Shown: piece after piece, positions 1-10,340 of the stretch
How positions within the stretch are numbered: the first letter of the stretch is position 1
How the letters are laid out: every line of letters begins with the position of its first letter
DNA from: an uncultured Verrucomicrobiae bacterium
GTDB lineage: Bacteria > Verrucomicrobiota > Verrucomicrobiia > Palsa-1439
DNA: 64,000 nucleotides
Reading direction: 5' to 3'
Assembly: GCA_963812605.1 (NCBI GenBank)
Contig: CAWEWF010000014.1
Span: 1-64,000 of the forward strand
The notes under the pieces: model-generated
What the model was told of the DNA's origin: nothing
The model's input: the letters and a program-made list of their open reading frames with translations, nothing else
Database searches by the model: none
Translations under genes and position numbers: made by a program

Positions 1-3000
1 GCCTCGAATCCGACAAACGTCCTGCCTCTGACGACGAAAAGGCGGCACTCGTGCGGTACGTTGGTTGGGCGGGTTGCCGCAGGTCTTCGATGTCAACTCG
101 CGCGAGTGGTTCAAGGAGCAGGTCGAACTGTCCAAACTTCTGACGGACGAGGAGCACACGTCCGCCCGCGCCTCGACACTCAACGCCCACTACACGTCGC
201 CGGTCATCGTTCGCGGAATGTACGCTGCCCTCGCGCGTTTCGGTTTCACGGATGGGCGCATTCTGGAGCCGGCCTGCGGGCTGGGCCACTTCATCGGGCT
301 GATGCCGGAAGAGATGCACGCCCACTCGACTATCACCGGCATCGAGATTGACCAACTGACCGCCCGCATCGCGAAGGCGCTTTATCCAGATGCCGACATT
401 CGCCACCAGCCATTCGAGGAGACTCGGCTGGCCGACGGGTTCTACGACGCGGCAGTTTCCAACATTCCGTTTGGGGACTATCAGCCGTTTGACCCACGGT
501 TCAACGTTTTCAAATTTCCGATCCACGATTACTTCTTCGCCGCCGCCTTGGAGAAGGTGCGCCCGGGCGGGCTGCTTCTGTTCATCACATCCAAAGGCAC
601 GCTCGACAAGGAGGACTCGACGCTGCGCGAATACCTGGCGCAACGGGCCAACCTCGTTGGCGCAGTCCGACTCCCCAACGACGCCTTCAAGCGCAACGCC
701 AACACGGAGGTCACCACCGACATCGTGATGTTGCGCAAGCTGAATCCCGGCGAGACCCCGTCGGGTCCGGCATGGAAGGAGACAGCGGAGCACGTCAACG
801 CCAAGGGCGAGACGATCTACATCAACGAATACTTCGTTCAGCGACCGCAGATGATGCTCGGCAAGATGGAGTTGTCGGGCAGCATGTACCGCGACAACGA
901 ACCTACGCTGGTCAGCGATGGCCGGGATTTGGCCGAGGCGTTGGACGAAGCGGTCAGCAATCTGCCGCAAGACATCTATCGCGCCCAGAAACGGGCCGTG
1001 GCTCCCCCGTCTCTCGATCAATCGTTTCCCGCCCCCGATTACGTTAAGCCCAACGCTTTCGTGATGGTCCACGACGAGGTCGCCGTCCGAATCGGCGACT
1101 CATTGAAGACGCTGCCGGGGCTGCCGGCGGAAACCAAGGTGCGAGTCAGACGGCTGATTCGGGTTCGTGACGCCGTGCGGGAATGTCTCCGCAGCCAACT
1201 CGATGGCAGTGACGAGGCAGCCATTGTCGCGGCGCGAGAGAAGCTCAATCAGACTTACGATTCCTTCGTCTCGCGGTTCGGTCCGATTTCAAGCCATGCG
1301 AACACCCGCGCCTTCGACGGTGACCCCGACCTGCCGTTGCTCCTGTCACTGGAGGTTTACGACGGAGAGACGAAGCGAGCCAAGAAAACGGCGATCTTCC
1401 GCGAGCGAACGATTCAGTATCAGAAACCCATCGAGTCGGTCGAACTGCCCAAGGAAGCCCTGATCGTTTCGCTAAACGAAAAGGGCTGCGTTGACCTCGA
1501 CCACATGAGCGCCTTGCTCGGCCGCTCCGAAGACGAATTCCTGCCCGAACTGAGAGGGGCAATTTTCCTCAACCCGCAGTCGAACGACTGGGAGACCGAC
1601 GACCAATATCTGTCCGGCAACGTCCGCGAGAAACTGGAAACCGCCGAGTCCGCGAGAATCACCGACCCTCGCTTCAAAGAGAACGTCGAGGCGCTCAAGG
1701 CTGTCCAGCCGGAGGATTTGTCGGCCACCGAGATTGACGTGCGCTTGGGCGCGTCGTGGGTTCCGGCAGAGGACATCGAGAAGTTCTGCCAGGAATTGCT
1801 CGGCGCGACGGACATCGAAGTCAGCCATTCGCACGCCATCGGCACCTGGGTTGTCAGTGGCGAATACTTCGCCAGACGCACCGTTGCCAACACCACCGAA
1901 TGGGGGACGGACCGCGCCGGCGCGCTCGACCTGATTCAAGACGCGCTGAATCTGCGGACGCCGACCATTTACGACAAAGAACCCAAGTCGGACAAACTCG
2001 TTGTGAATCCTGAAGCGACCGAAGGTGCGCGGGAGAAGCAGCAGAAGATCAAGGAGCGGTTCAAGGAATGGATTTGGCAGGACGACGAGCGCCGCGAGCG
2101 GCTGGTCAGGAAATACAACGACGAATTCAACAATGTTCGGTTGCGGACGTTCAGCGGTGATCATCTGACGTTGCCGGGCGCGAGCCAGGTTGTGGTGTTG
2201 CACCCACACCAGAAAGCGGGCGTCTGGCGAATCCTGCAAACTCCCAACACACTCTTGGGCCACGTGGTGGGGGCCGGCAAGACGTACACGATGGTCGCCG
2301 CCGGGATGGAACTGAAGCGGTTGGGGTTGGCGCGGAAGCCCTTGTTCGTCGTGCCGAATCACATGCTCGGCCAGTTCTCGTCGGAGCTTCTCATGCTTTA
2401 TCCGGGCGCAAACATTCTCGTGGCCGGTAAGGAGGACTTCGAGGCGAGCAAGCGTCGGCAGTTAATGAGCCGCATCGCCACCGGGAACTGGGATGCGGTC
2501 ATCGTCACGCATTCGGGCTTCGAGAGAATCCCCCTATCGGATGAAACCAAGAAGGCATTCTTCCGCGAGCAACTCCACGATTTGGAAATGGCCATCCGCG
2601 AGCAGCGCGCCGGCAAGAACGATCGGCGGATCGTCAAAGACCTGGAGCGTGCGAAGAAACGATTGGAGACGCGGCTGAAGCTCCTGCTGGCCGAGGAGAA
2701 GAAGGACAACACGCTGACGTTCGAGGAACTGGGCGTGGACCGGTTATTCATTGATGAAGCCCAGTACTTCAAGAATCTCTTTTACGTCAGCAAGATGACC
2801 CGAATCGCGGGCCTGCCGCAGACAGCCTCGGAGCGGGCCTTCGATTTGTTCCTCAAGACCCGGTACATCCAGCAGGTAAACGGCGGGGGCGGCGTGGTAT
2901 TCGCGACCGGCACGCCGATCTCCAACAGCATGGCGGAGATGTTCACCATGCAGCGGTACCTGCAAATGACCGCGCTGACGAAGTTGCGGGTACATCACTT

Positions 3001-4702
3001 CGATTCATGGGCGGCAACGTTTGGCGAGCCGGTAACGGCGATGGAGCTGGCCCCGGACGGCGCGGGCTACCGGCTGAACACGCGGTTCGCGCGGTTCGTG
3101 AACGTCCCCGAACTGATGCAGCAGTTCCGGCAGGTTGCGGATATTCGCACTGCGGAAACGTTGAAGCTGCCCACGCCCGCACTGCGGAACGGGAAAGCCA
3201 CAATTATCCGTGCGCCAGCAACGCCAGAACTGAAGGCGCTCGTTTCCAGTCTGGCCGAGAGAGCGGAAAAGTTGCGCAAAGGACGGGTCGATCCACGCGT
3301 GGACAACATGCTCAAGATCACCACCGAGGGCCGTAAGGCCGCGCTGGACCTTCGGTTGGTCGATGCGAGTGCGCGCGATCATCCCGAAAGCAAGGCCAAC
3401 CTCGCGGTTCATGAAATCTTTCGCATCTGGCAGGAGACGAAGACTGACCGGCTAACACAACTCGTCTTCTGCGATTTGTCTACGCCGAAGGACTCAGGGT
3501 TCTCGGTGTACGACGACGTGAAAGGCAAACTGGTCATTGCCGGCGTGCCCGCTGCCGAAATCGCCTTTATTCAGGATTACGATAGCGACGCAGCCAAGCT
3601 CGCGCTTTTCAAGGATGTTCGCGCCGGCAAAGTCCGCATCTTGATGGGCAGCACGCAGAAGATGGGGTCCGGCACAAATGTGCAGGAGCGGTTGGTTGCC
3701 TTGCACCACCTCGATGCGCCGTGGCGTCCGGCGGACGTGGAGCAGCGTGAGGGACGAATTCTCCGGGAGGGCAATCGCAACGCCGAGGTTCAAATCTACC
3801 GCTATGTCACCGAAGGCAGTTTCGACGCCTACATGTGGCAGACGCTCGAAACGAAAGCCAAATTCATCCACCAGGTCATGACCGGCCGCAGTGACCTGCG
3901 CCATATCGAGGACATCGACGGCGCGGCACTCACGTACGCCGAGGTCAAGGCTATCGCGTCGGGGAATCCACTGGTCATCGAGAAAGCCCACATCGACGCC
4001 GAGTTGGGCCGTCTCTGCCGATTACGAGCCCAGCACCACGAGACGCAGTACCGGATTCGGAACACGATCCGACGAACGCACGAGGAGGTTGAGATTCTCA
4101 CCGGCCGGATTGAGAACCTCCACAAGGACATCGCTGCCCGGCAGCCGACACAGGGCGACGCGTTCCAAATCCGTATTGAGGGAACGGACTACACAGATCG
4201 AGGAATCGCCGGGGAGTTGATCAATCGCCGCGCTCAGCAACTCCGGGGGTCAGGGAAAGAGCACATGATCGGTGAACTCGCTGGGTTTGCCATGGTTCTT
4301 CGTGCCAGTGCCTTGGAGCACACCGAACTTGTCCTCAAGGGCGCGAATCTGTACTCGGCGAGCATTTCAGACAGCGCCCACGGCACGACGCGTTCGCTGG
4401 AGCATGCCGTGCAGTCCCTCGACCAGAAGTTGGCTCAGACCGAGAAGGACGTTGCAGAGTCCAGGAAACGAATGGCGGAATTGGAAGGGAAGGTGGGCGA
4501 GCCATTTGAGCACGAAGCCAAGTTGAAAAGCCTGACCGAGCGGCAGGACGAGATCGTGAAGGCACTGGACCTGACCCGGAATCAGGCGTCCAACAAGCTC
4601 GACGCAAACTCGCCCAGCGACACCGAGGAAGCCGTTTCTCAGAAGGTGGGGAGATCGGTGCGACACCAGGTACAACACAGTCACAGGGCAACGGTGCATT
4701 AG
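1..4702 (+). CDS. DarB-like N6-adenine DNA methyltransferase / SNF2-family helicase fusion (5'-truncated by window)
   Basis: MTase motif I ILEPACGLGHF and motif IV-like SNIPFG; helicase Walker A HVVGAGKT, DEAQ, TGTPISN, QREGRILREGN. The upstream frame reads LESDKRPASDDEKAALVRYVGW and joins GGLPQ via a 1-nt slip at ~67. Confidence 0.85.
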
Positions 4703-4722
4703 CGTGATTCAGCCATTTCTAA

Positions 4723-4820
4723 CAGGCGGCTGAAAAGCGCATTTTAGGAAATCAAAACATGCGAGGACCCCAATGAAAACAAAGTGTGATGCTTCAAAAC
4801 GTGGCTTTTTCAGCAACCTG
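4723..4820. mobile_element. 98-bp MITE, IS5-like ends, CTAA target duplication
   Basis: CAGGCGGCTGAAAA (4723-4736) and TTTTCAGCAACCTG (4807-4820) form a 12/14 inverted repeat; CTAA direct repeats at 4719-4722 and 4821-4824; no transposase. Confidence 0.75.
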
Positions 4821-5207
4821 CTAAGGAGGATTTTTTCACCTCGAGATTCCAGCCCCCACAACGGGGCGGCGAAAAACCTCAACCTCGTCGGGCAGCGGAT
4901 TCGAGCAATCCGCATGGAAAAACACTGGACACAGAGCCGGCTGGCAAAAGAACTGCAAAGCGCCGGCCTCAACAAAAGCAGGGTGGCAGTGGCCCGCATC
5001 GAAGCCCAGATGGTCCACGTTTACGACTTCCAGTTGCTGTTCATCGCCAAGGTGTTGGGCGTCGCACCGCTTGACCTGTTTCCCAAGACTCAGGCAAACG
5101 GAAACCTTCGCGAAGAGGTCACGTGGTTGAAGAAGCTGCGAAAAGCCTGCGCCTCCATCGGTCGGAGGCACACGACCAACAGAGGGAGTGAATCGTCACT
5201 TCGATGA
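4773..5207 (+). CDS. XRE-family HTH transcriptional regulator (N-terminus altered by MITE)
   Basis: NLVGQRIRAIRMEKHWTQSRLAKELQ...VARIE...IAKVLGV HTH_XRE pattern. Confidence 0.75.
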   Translation: MKTKCDASKRGFFSNLLRRIFSPRDSSPHNGAAKNLNLVGQRIRAIRMEKHWTQSRLAKELQSAGLNKSRVAVARIEAQMVHVYDFQLLFIAKVLGVAPLDLFPKTQANGNLREEVTWLKKLRKACASIGRRHTTNRGSESSLR

Positions 5208-5221
5208 GCCGGAGCGTTACA

Positions 5222-6391
5222 CTACCGATTCGCCGCCTCACGCAGGTTGATCACGTTGTCGGGTTGCGCCTCATCAAAGACCATGCGCTGAGCCAGGGCC
5301 GTCGAAAACTCGTCACGAAGATGCCCGTAAGTGCGGGCCACGAGGACGCCACCGTCCTTATGCCCCAGCCATGCCGCCACGGTCTTGAAATGTCCACCGG
5401 TCTTCTCAATGGCGTTGGAGCAGAAGAAATGACGGAACGTGTGGTGCGAGTACGACGGCAGCCCCAACTCACGGCAGGCGTTATCCAAACACTTGCGGGC
5501 CGACTTGATGCTGAGCAACGGAGTGTCACGGTCCGCGCGTTCCGGCAGGCTGTCGCGGAGGCGAAGCAGGAATGCCTCCAGACTGGGGAACAGCGGCACC
5601 GTACGGGCCTCGTGGTTCTTGGTGCCGTCCTCACCGCCGGTGACCGTGAATGCCTTCAATTTGAAATTCACCTCACCCCATTTCATGGCCGTGGCCTCAC
5701 CGATACGGCAACCCGACAGCGCCAGGAACTCCACCAAATCGGCGGACCGCCGGCCGTCGCGTTTGCCGTCCGCACTGCGCATTTGCGCCAGCAGGGCGCG
5801 GAATTGGTCCATGTTGGGAATCAGCACCGCTTTCTTGCCTTCCTTGCGCCTCTTCAAGGTTCGGGCGGGATTGTCCAACAGCAAGCCGTGCTCGACGGCA
5901 TAGTCCAAGATCATGCGCAGCGTGTCCCGCGTAATGTTGAAGTCGCGGGCCGAACGGTCGGAGTCGTGATGGGCCTTAACCCAGTTCTCCACCTCCCGTC
6001 GTCGGATGTTGTGGACTGTGACGCCCCGGAAGAACGGGGCCAACTGATTGATGGCGGTTTCGCGGCGCTGGCGGGACCGGGGTTTGAGCGTCGCGGCAGC
6101 CACATCCAGCCAGCGCTTGGCCAGTCCGCCGATCAGCTTGCTCTTCTGCTTACCCTTGTTGTACTCGGCGAAGGGCAACAGCCCGGCATCATCGCCGGTG
6201 ATTCGGTTCACCTGACGGCGCAGTTCGGCGAGCTTGCGACGGGCCAATTCCTTGTCAGTCGTCTTCAGACTGCGGCGAATCTGCTTGCCATCACGTTTGA
6301 ACAGGGCATAGTAAATCCCCGATGAATCGCTGCGGTAAAGATTTTCGCCTGCGTAATGCAGGGTGTGATGAACGAGTTGCGTCGTTTTCAT
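5222..6391 (-). CDS. Tyrosine recombinase / integrase
   Basis: Catalytic motifs LSGCRIGE (R), TKN (K), HTFRH (HxxR), LGH, RTYGH (Y); adjacent to a tRNA. Confidence 0.92.
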   Translation of the reverse strand: MKTTQLVHHTLHYAGENLYRSDSSGIYYALFKRDGKQIRRSLKTTDKELARRKLAELRRQVNRITGDDAGLLPFAEYNKGKQKSKLIGGLAKRWLDVAAATLKPRSRQRRETAINQLAPFFRGVTVHNIRRREVENWVKAHHDSDRSARDFNITRDTLRMILDYAVEHGLLLDNPARTLKRRKEGKKAVLIPNMDQFRALLAQMRSADGKRDGRRSADLVEFLALSGCRIGEATAMKWGEVNFKLKAFTVTGGEDGTKNHEARTVPLFPSLEAFLLRLRDSLPERADRDTPLLSIKSARKCLDNACRELGLPSYSHHTFRHFFCSNAIEKTGGHFKTVAAWLGHKDGGVLVARTYGHLRDEFSTALAQRMVFDEAQPDNVINLREAANR

Positions 6392-6406
6392 GCCCTCAAA
6401 TATACA

Positions 6407-6428
6407 GGGTTACAACTTCGGGTGACAA
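6407..6428. repeat. Tandem 9-bp direct repeats, candidate integrase arm-type binding sites
   Basis: GGGTTACAA (6407-6415) and GGGTGACAA (6420-6428) between the integrase start and the tRNA. Confidence 0.45.
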
Positions 6429-6484
6429 GTACAAAATTTCAGGTCACTCCGTGGTATACCAACACCTTGTAATATAAGGGCTGT

Positions 6485-6560
6485 GAGCCGGTAGCTCAGT
6501 TGGTAGAGCAACGGCCTTTTAAGCCGTGGGTCGAGGGTTCGAATCCCTCCCGGCTCACCA
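6485..6560 (+). tRNA. tRNA-Lys (anticodon UUU)
   Basis: 76 nt; GAGCCGG/CCGGCTC acceptor stem, D-arm AGCTCAGTTGGTAGAGC, anticodon loop CTTTTAA, TTCGAAT T-loop, encoded CCA. Confidence 0.96.
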
Positions 6561-6629
6561 TTTCCCGACCCCTCCGCGACCCGCCTCGATTCGCCTTGAT
6601 TTGCGACCCGCGTCCGGGAAAATTCGAGG

Positions 6630-7101
6630 ATGAGTACTCGGCGCTACTTTATCTTTTCTGCGGCGATAGTCGCGGCGTTGGCAGTTGGGTTTTTCATGGC
6701 GTTTAGATTTGCCGAGTCAAAATCCATTATAGACGTGCTGAATAAGAATTCACAGTTGGTTACATCTCTTACCCAGCCTCCCGCCGATGGTTCAATGCCT
6801 CGGAAACAATTCAACGTTCACAAGTATATAAACGGGCTCACCCAAATCGATACGGCATTTTGTCCAAAGAAATTTGAATCAGGCGTGGCTCGATTACATT
6901 CAGGCTACCGCGCGGGCGTCCGATCAGAACCCAATACGCGGCGAATTCGTTATGGGAATGATTGGCGTGGCGACGAAATCACCTTCGTTAGAGCCGACGA
7001 CAGCCAAGCCGCCGGAAGCGAAAGATGAAGTCGAAAGGGCCTGGCAGAATATAGAACGCATCGCCCTGGAATATAACGTGAGGATCATCCATCAAAGCTA
7101 A
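6630..7101 (+). CDS. Hypothetical membrane-anchored/exported protein (frameshift ~6875)
   Basis: N-terminal hydrophobic segment; ORF 6630-7028 joins ORF 6874-7101 at ...DTAFCPKKF|NQAWLDYIQA; lower GC. Confidence 0.5.
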
Positions 7102-7125
7102 ACGCTTGCCAATCGCCCTGCGTTT

Positions 7126-7209
7126 GTAGGGCACGCGGCCCGCGTGCCGTCGTCCGTCGACTGTAGCGGCGGTCGGAGCCTGCCCTGAGTTTAACCGAAG
7201 GGACCGTCG
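7126..7209. repeat. REP-like palindrome cluster
   Basis: GTAG-GGCACGCGG-C-CCGCGTGCC (7126-7148) and GTAG-CGGCGGTC...GACCGTCG (7163-7209). Confidence 0.65.
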
Positions 7210-7275
7210 CCCTCAAATCTTGACCGCTCCTCGAACTGCTTGCCAGCACCGCCGCCGGCTCCTAAAATCGAGCCC

Positions 7276-9375
7276 ATGACCGTGTCGCTTTCACCGCATC
7301 AACTTCTCGAAACCCATTTCGGGTTTCGAGAGTTCCTCGAGGGGCAGGAGGATGTGGTCACTGCCATCATGGAAGGACACGATGCGCTGGTCATCATGCC
7401 GACGGGTGGGGGAAAGTCGTTCTGCTACCAGTTGCCCGCGCTGGCGCTGGAAGGGATCACGGTCGTGGTGTCGCCGTTGATCGCTTTGATGAAGGACCAG
7501 GTGGACTCGCTCTTGGAAAAAAAGATTCCGGCGACGTTCATCAACTCATCGCTGGGCCAGTCGGAGATGAACGAGCGGATCGACGCGATGGTGCGCGGGG
7601 AATATCGGTTGGTGTACATCGCGCCGGAACGTTTCAAGAGTGAACATTTTGTCCGAGCCCTCGCGCCGCTGTCCATCGCGCTCTTCGCCGTGGACGAGGC
7701 GCACTGCATCTCGCAATGGGGCCATGATTTCCGGCCCGATTACATTCGCTTGAAGTGGGCCTTGAAGGACCTGGGCCAGCCGCAGGTGATGGCGTTGACC
7801 GCGACCGCGACGCCGGAAGTCCGTGAAGACATCATCGAGCAATTGGGGCTTGGCAAATTCGGCCGAAAACCGCCCCGCGTGTTCGTTTCCGGCTTCGCGC
7901 GCCACAATCTGACCCTCGGCATGACCTCCACCAAGGGCCGGGCAGAGAAGCTGGCGCGCATCGTGGAATTTGCGCGGCAATTGAAGACCGGCATCGTCTA
8001 TTGCGCGACGCGCAAGAACGTGGAGAAGGTCGCCGCCCACCTCAAGGGCGAGCAGATTCGCTGCGTCGCCTATCACGCCGGGTTGAGCGACGAACAGCGC
8101 ACGAAGGCGCAGACGAAGTTCATGAACGGCGACTGCGCGGTGGCGGTGGCGACGAACGCCTTTGGCATGGGGATTGATCGCGCCGATCTTCGGTTTGTCG
8201 TTCACTACGACATCCCCGGCAGCATCGAAGCCTACTATCAGGAAGCCGGCCGCGCGGGCCGCGACGGCGAACCGTCCCGCTGCGAGGTCCTCTACAATTA
8301 TGCCGATGTGCGGACCCAGGAATTCTTCATCGAGGGCGCCAATCCGTCGCGCGAAGTGATCGCGAACCTGTATCACGCACTGCGTCGGCTCGGTTCACAT
8401 GGTCCTATCGAAATGCCCATCGCCGAGATTGCCGAATTGGTCCCCGCGACGAAGAACAGCATGGCCGTTGGATCGGCCTTGTACCAGTTGGAGCGCGCGA
8501 ATTTCATCCAGCGCGAGTACCGCCAGGGCTCGCGCACCTACACGACGCGCCTCGTGGAACCGATCAAGCCGCTCGACGAATTGCCGATCGATTTCGAGCG
8601 GCTGGACAAGAAGCGCGAGCGCGATTTTGCCAAGTTGCACCGCATGATCGAGTACGCCGATCACCACGGTTGCCGCCATCATTTCATCCTGCAGTATTTC
8701 GGCGACATGGAGACGGGCGAGGGCTGCACCGTCTGCGACAACTGCCTCGCCAAAGCCGATTCCGCCGCCCGCTTTCCGTCCGACGAGGAGACGGTCGCCA
8801 TCCAGAAAGCGTTGAGTTGCGTGGCGCGCGTCGATGGACGGTTCGGGCGCGGACGGATTGCCCAGTGTTTGGTCGGGTCGCGGTCGAAGGAAGTCCTCGA
8901 CACGGGTCTTGACCGGCTGAGCACGTACGGGCTGTTGAAGGATTTGGGTGAGGACTATGTGTGGGGCCTGTTGAACACCTTGATTCGCACCGGTTGTCTT
9001 GCGGTCAGCACGGGGCAGTACCCGACGCTGTCCTTGACGGAGTTGGGTGGTGACATCATGCGGAAGAAGCAAAGGATTCCCATGGTCTTGCCGGAGGTCA
9101 AGGCCAGGCCGCGTCCCTCCAGCCGCGCGCCGAAGGGAGCAGCCGCCCGGCGCGATGAACCGGCCGATTATGACGAGAAGCTGTTTGACGCCTTGCGCGC
9201 CTGGCGGCGAGACAAGGCCACTGCCATGGGGAATGTGCCCGCGTATATCATTTATCCCGACCGTACGCTGCAGGAACTGGCCCGCGTCAAGCCGCAGTCG
9301 GATGCCGAGCTGCGGGAAGTGCGCGGCATCGGTCCCGCAAAGGCCCGGCAGTTCGGGACCGAGACGCTGGAATGA
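7276..9375 (+). CDS. recQ: ATP-dependent DNA helicase RecQ
   Basis: MPTGGGKS, VDEAHCISQWGHDFRP, QEAGRAGRDG, Zn-binding CR...C..CDNC, RQC and HRDC (LRAWRRDKA...PAYII...GIGPAK). ATG 7276 preferred as start. Confidence 0.93.
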   Translation: MTVSLSPHQLLETHFGFREFLEGQEDVVTAIMEGHDALVIMPTGGGKSFCYQLPALALEGITVVVSPLIALMKDQVDSLLEKKIPATFINSSLGQSEMNERIDAMVRGEYRLVYIAPERFKSEHFVRALAPLSIALFAVDEAHCISQWGHDFRPDYIRLKWALKDLGQPQVMALTATATPEVREDIIEQLGLGKFGRKPPRVFVSGFARHNLTLGMTSTKGRAEKLARIVEFARQLKTGIVYCATRKNVEKVAAHLKGEQIRCVAYHAGLSDEQRTKAQTKFMNGDCAVAVATNAFGMGIDRADLRFVVHYDIPGSIEAYYQEAGRAGRDGEPSRCEVLYNYADVRTQEFFIEGANPSREVIANLYHALRRLGSHGPIEMPIAEIAELVPATKNSMAVGSALYQLERANFIQREYRQGSRTYTTRLVEPIKPLDELPIDFERLDKKRERDFAKLHRMIEYADHHGCRHHFILQYFGDMETGEGCTVCDNCLAKADSAARFPSDEETVAIQKALSCVARVDGRFGRGRIAQCLVGSRSKEVLDTGLDRLSTYGLLKDLGEDYVWGLLNTLIRTGCLAVSTGQYPTLSLTELGGDIMRKKQRIPMVLPEVKARPRPSSRAPKGAAARRDEPADYDEKLFDALRAWRRDKATAMGNVPAYIIYPDRTLQELARVKPQSDAELREVRGIGPAKARQFGTETLE

Positions 9376-9455
9376 TTCGGTCGTTCACCAAATTGTGACA
9401 TCGTGCTCCGGTTTCGATTTGCGGGTATTGAAAAAGTGTTCTATTCTTCTACGAT

Positions 9456-10328
9456 ATGTTGGGGTCGTCGAATCAACCGAGGGTAGGCGGGCCGTTTGAG
9501 CGGTTCTCGGGTCCCTTTCGCGAGTTGGTCGCCCGCTTCGGTTCCGTCATCCAATTTCTGATTGTCCTCAATGTCGTTGTCTTCTTCCTCCAACTCATCG
9601 GCAACGCGGCAAAAATCCCGTACCTGGAACAGTTTCTCGCGTTGAGTGGTAACGGGCTGCGGCGTGGCTTCGTGTGGCAGCCGTTGACGTACATGTTCCT
9701 GCACTACGATATCTGGCACATCCTGGTGAACATGCTCTTGCTTTGGTTCTTCGGGAAGGAAGTGGAGTACTTCATCGGGCCGCGGCATATCACGCGCTTG
9801 TATTTTGGCGCGGGACTCGCGGGCGCGGCGCTGTGGCTGTTGTTTAATTTCAATTCGGCGGCGACGGTGCTGGGCGCGTCGGCGGCCGTTTTGGGCTGCG
9901 TCATCGCTTTTGCGACTCTCTTTCCCGACCGGGAAGTGACGCTGCTGGTTTTCTTCGTCCTCCCGGTGACATTGCGGGCAAGATATCTGGCATTGATCGC
10001 GATCGCGTTCGATGTGGTGCCTTTGTTGCAGGGCGCTGGCACGAATGTGGCGCATCTCGCGCATCTCGGCGGCGCGGCCTTCGGCTATATTTACATCAAG
10101 CAACTCGGCTACGGCACGACGCCCCGCTGGTTGCTGTGGTTGCAGGACATCATCGGACGGCTGAAACGACGCCCGCGCCCGACCCCCCGCAACATGTCGT
10201 CGGAGGAATTTGTGCGCGAGCAAATCGACCCCATCCTGGACAAAATTGCCCGGGAAGGCATGCAGAGCCTGACCCGCCGCGAGCGGAAGATTCTTGAATC
10301 TGCGAAGGATTTGATGCAGAAGCGATAG
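9456..10328 (+). CDS. Rhomboid-family intramembrane serine protease with C-terminal DUF6576-like tail
   Basis: WQPLTYMFLH, HILVNM, GASAAV, AHLAHLGG; tail IDPILDKIAREGMQSLTRRERKIL. Confidence 0.88.
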   Translation: MLGSSNQPRVGGPFERFSGPFRELVARFGSVIQFLIVLNVVVFFLQLIGNAAKIPYLEQFLALSGNGLRRGFVWQPLTYMFLHYDIWHILVNMLLLWFFGKEVEYFIGPRHITRLYFGAGLAGAALWLLFNFNSAATVLGASAAVLGCVIAFATLFPDREVTLLVFFVLPVTLRARYLALIAIAFDVVPLLQGAGTNVAHLAHLGGAAFGYIYIKQLGYGTTPRWLLWLQDIIGRLKRRPRPTPRNMSSEEFVREQIDPILDKIAREGMQSLTRRERKILESAKDLMQKR

Positions 10329-10340
10329 CGGTAAACCCGC

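Noticed and set aside
5204-6325. 373-aa plus-strand ORF
   Set aside because: Antisense shadow of the integrase; no recognisable motifs.
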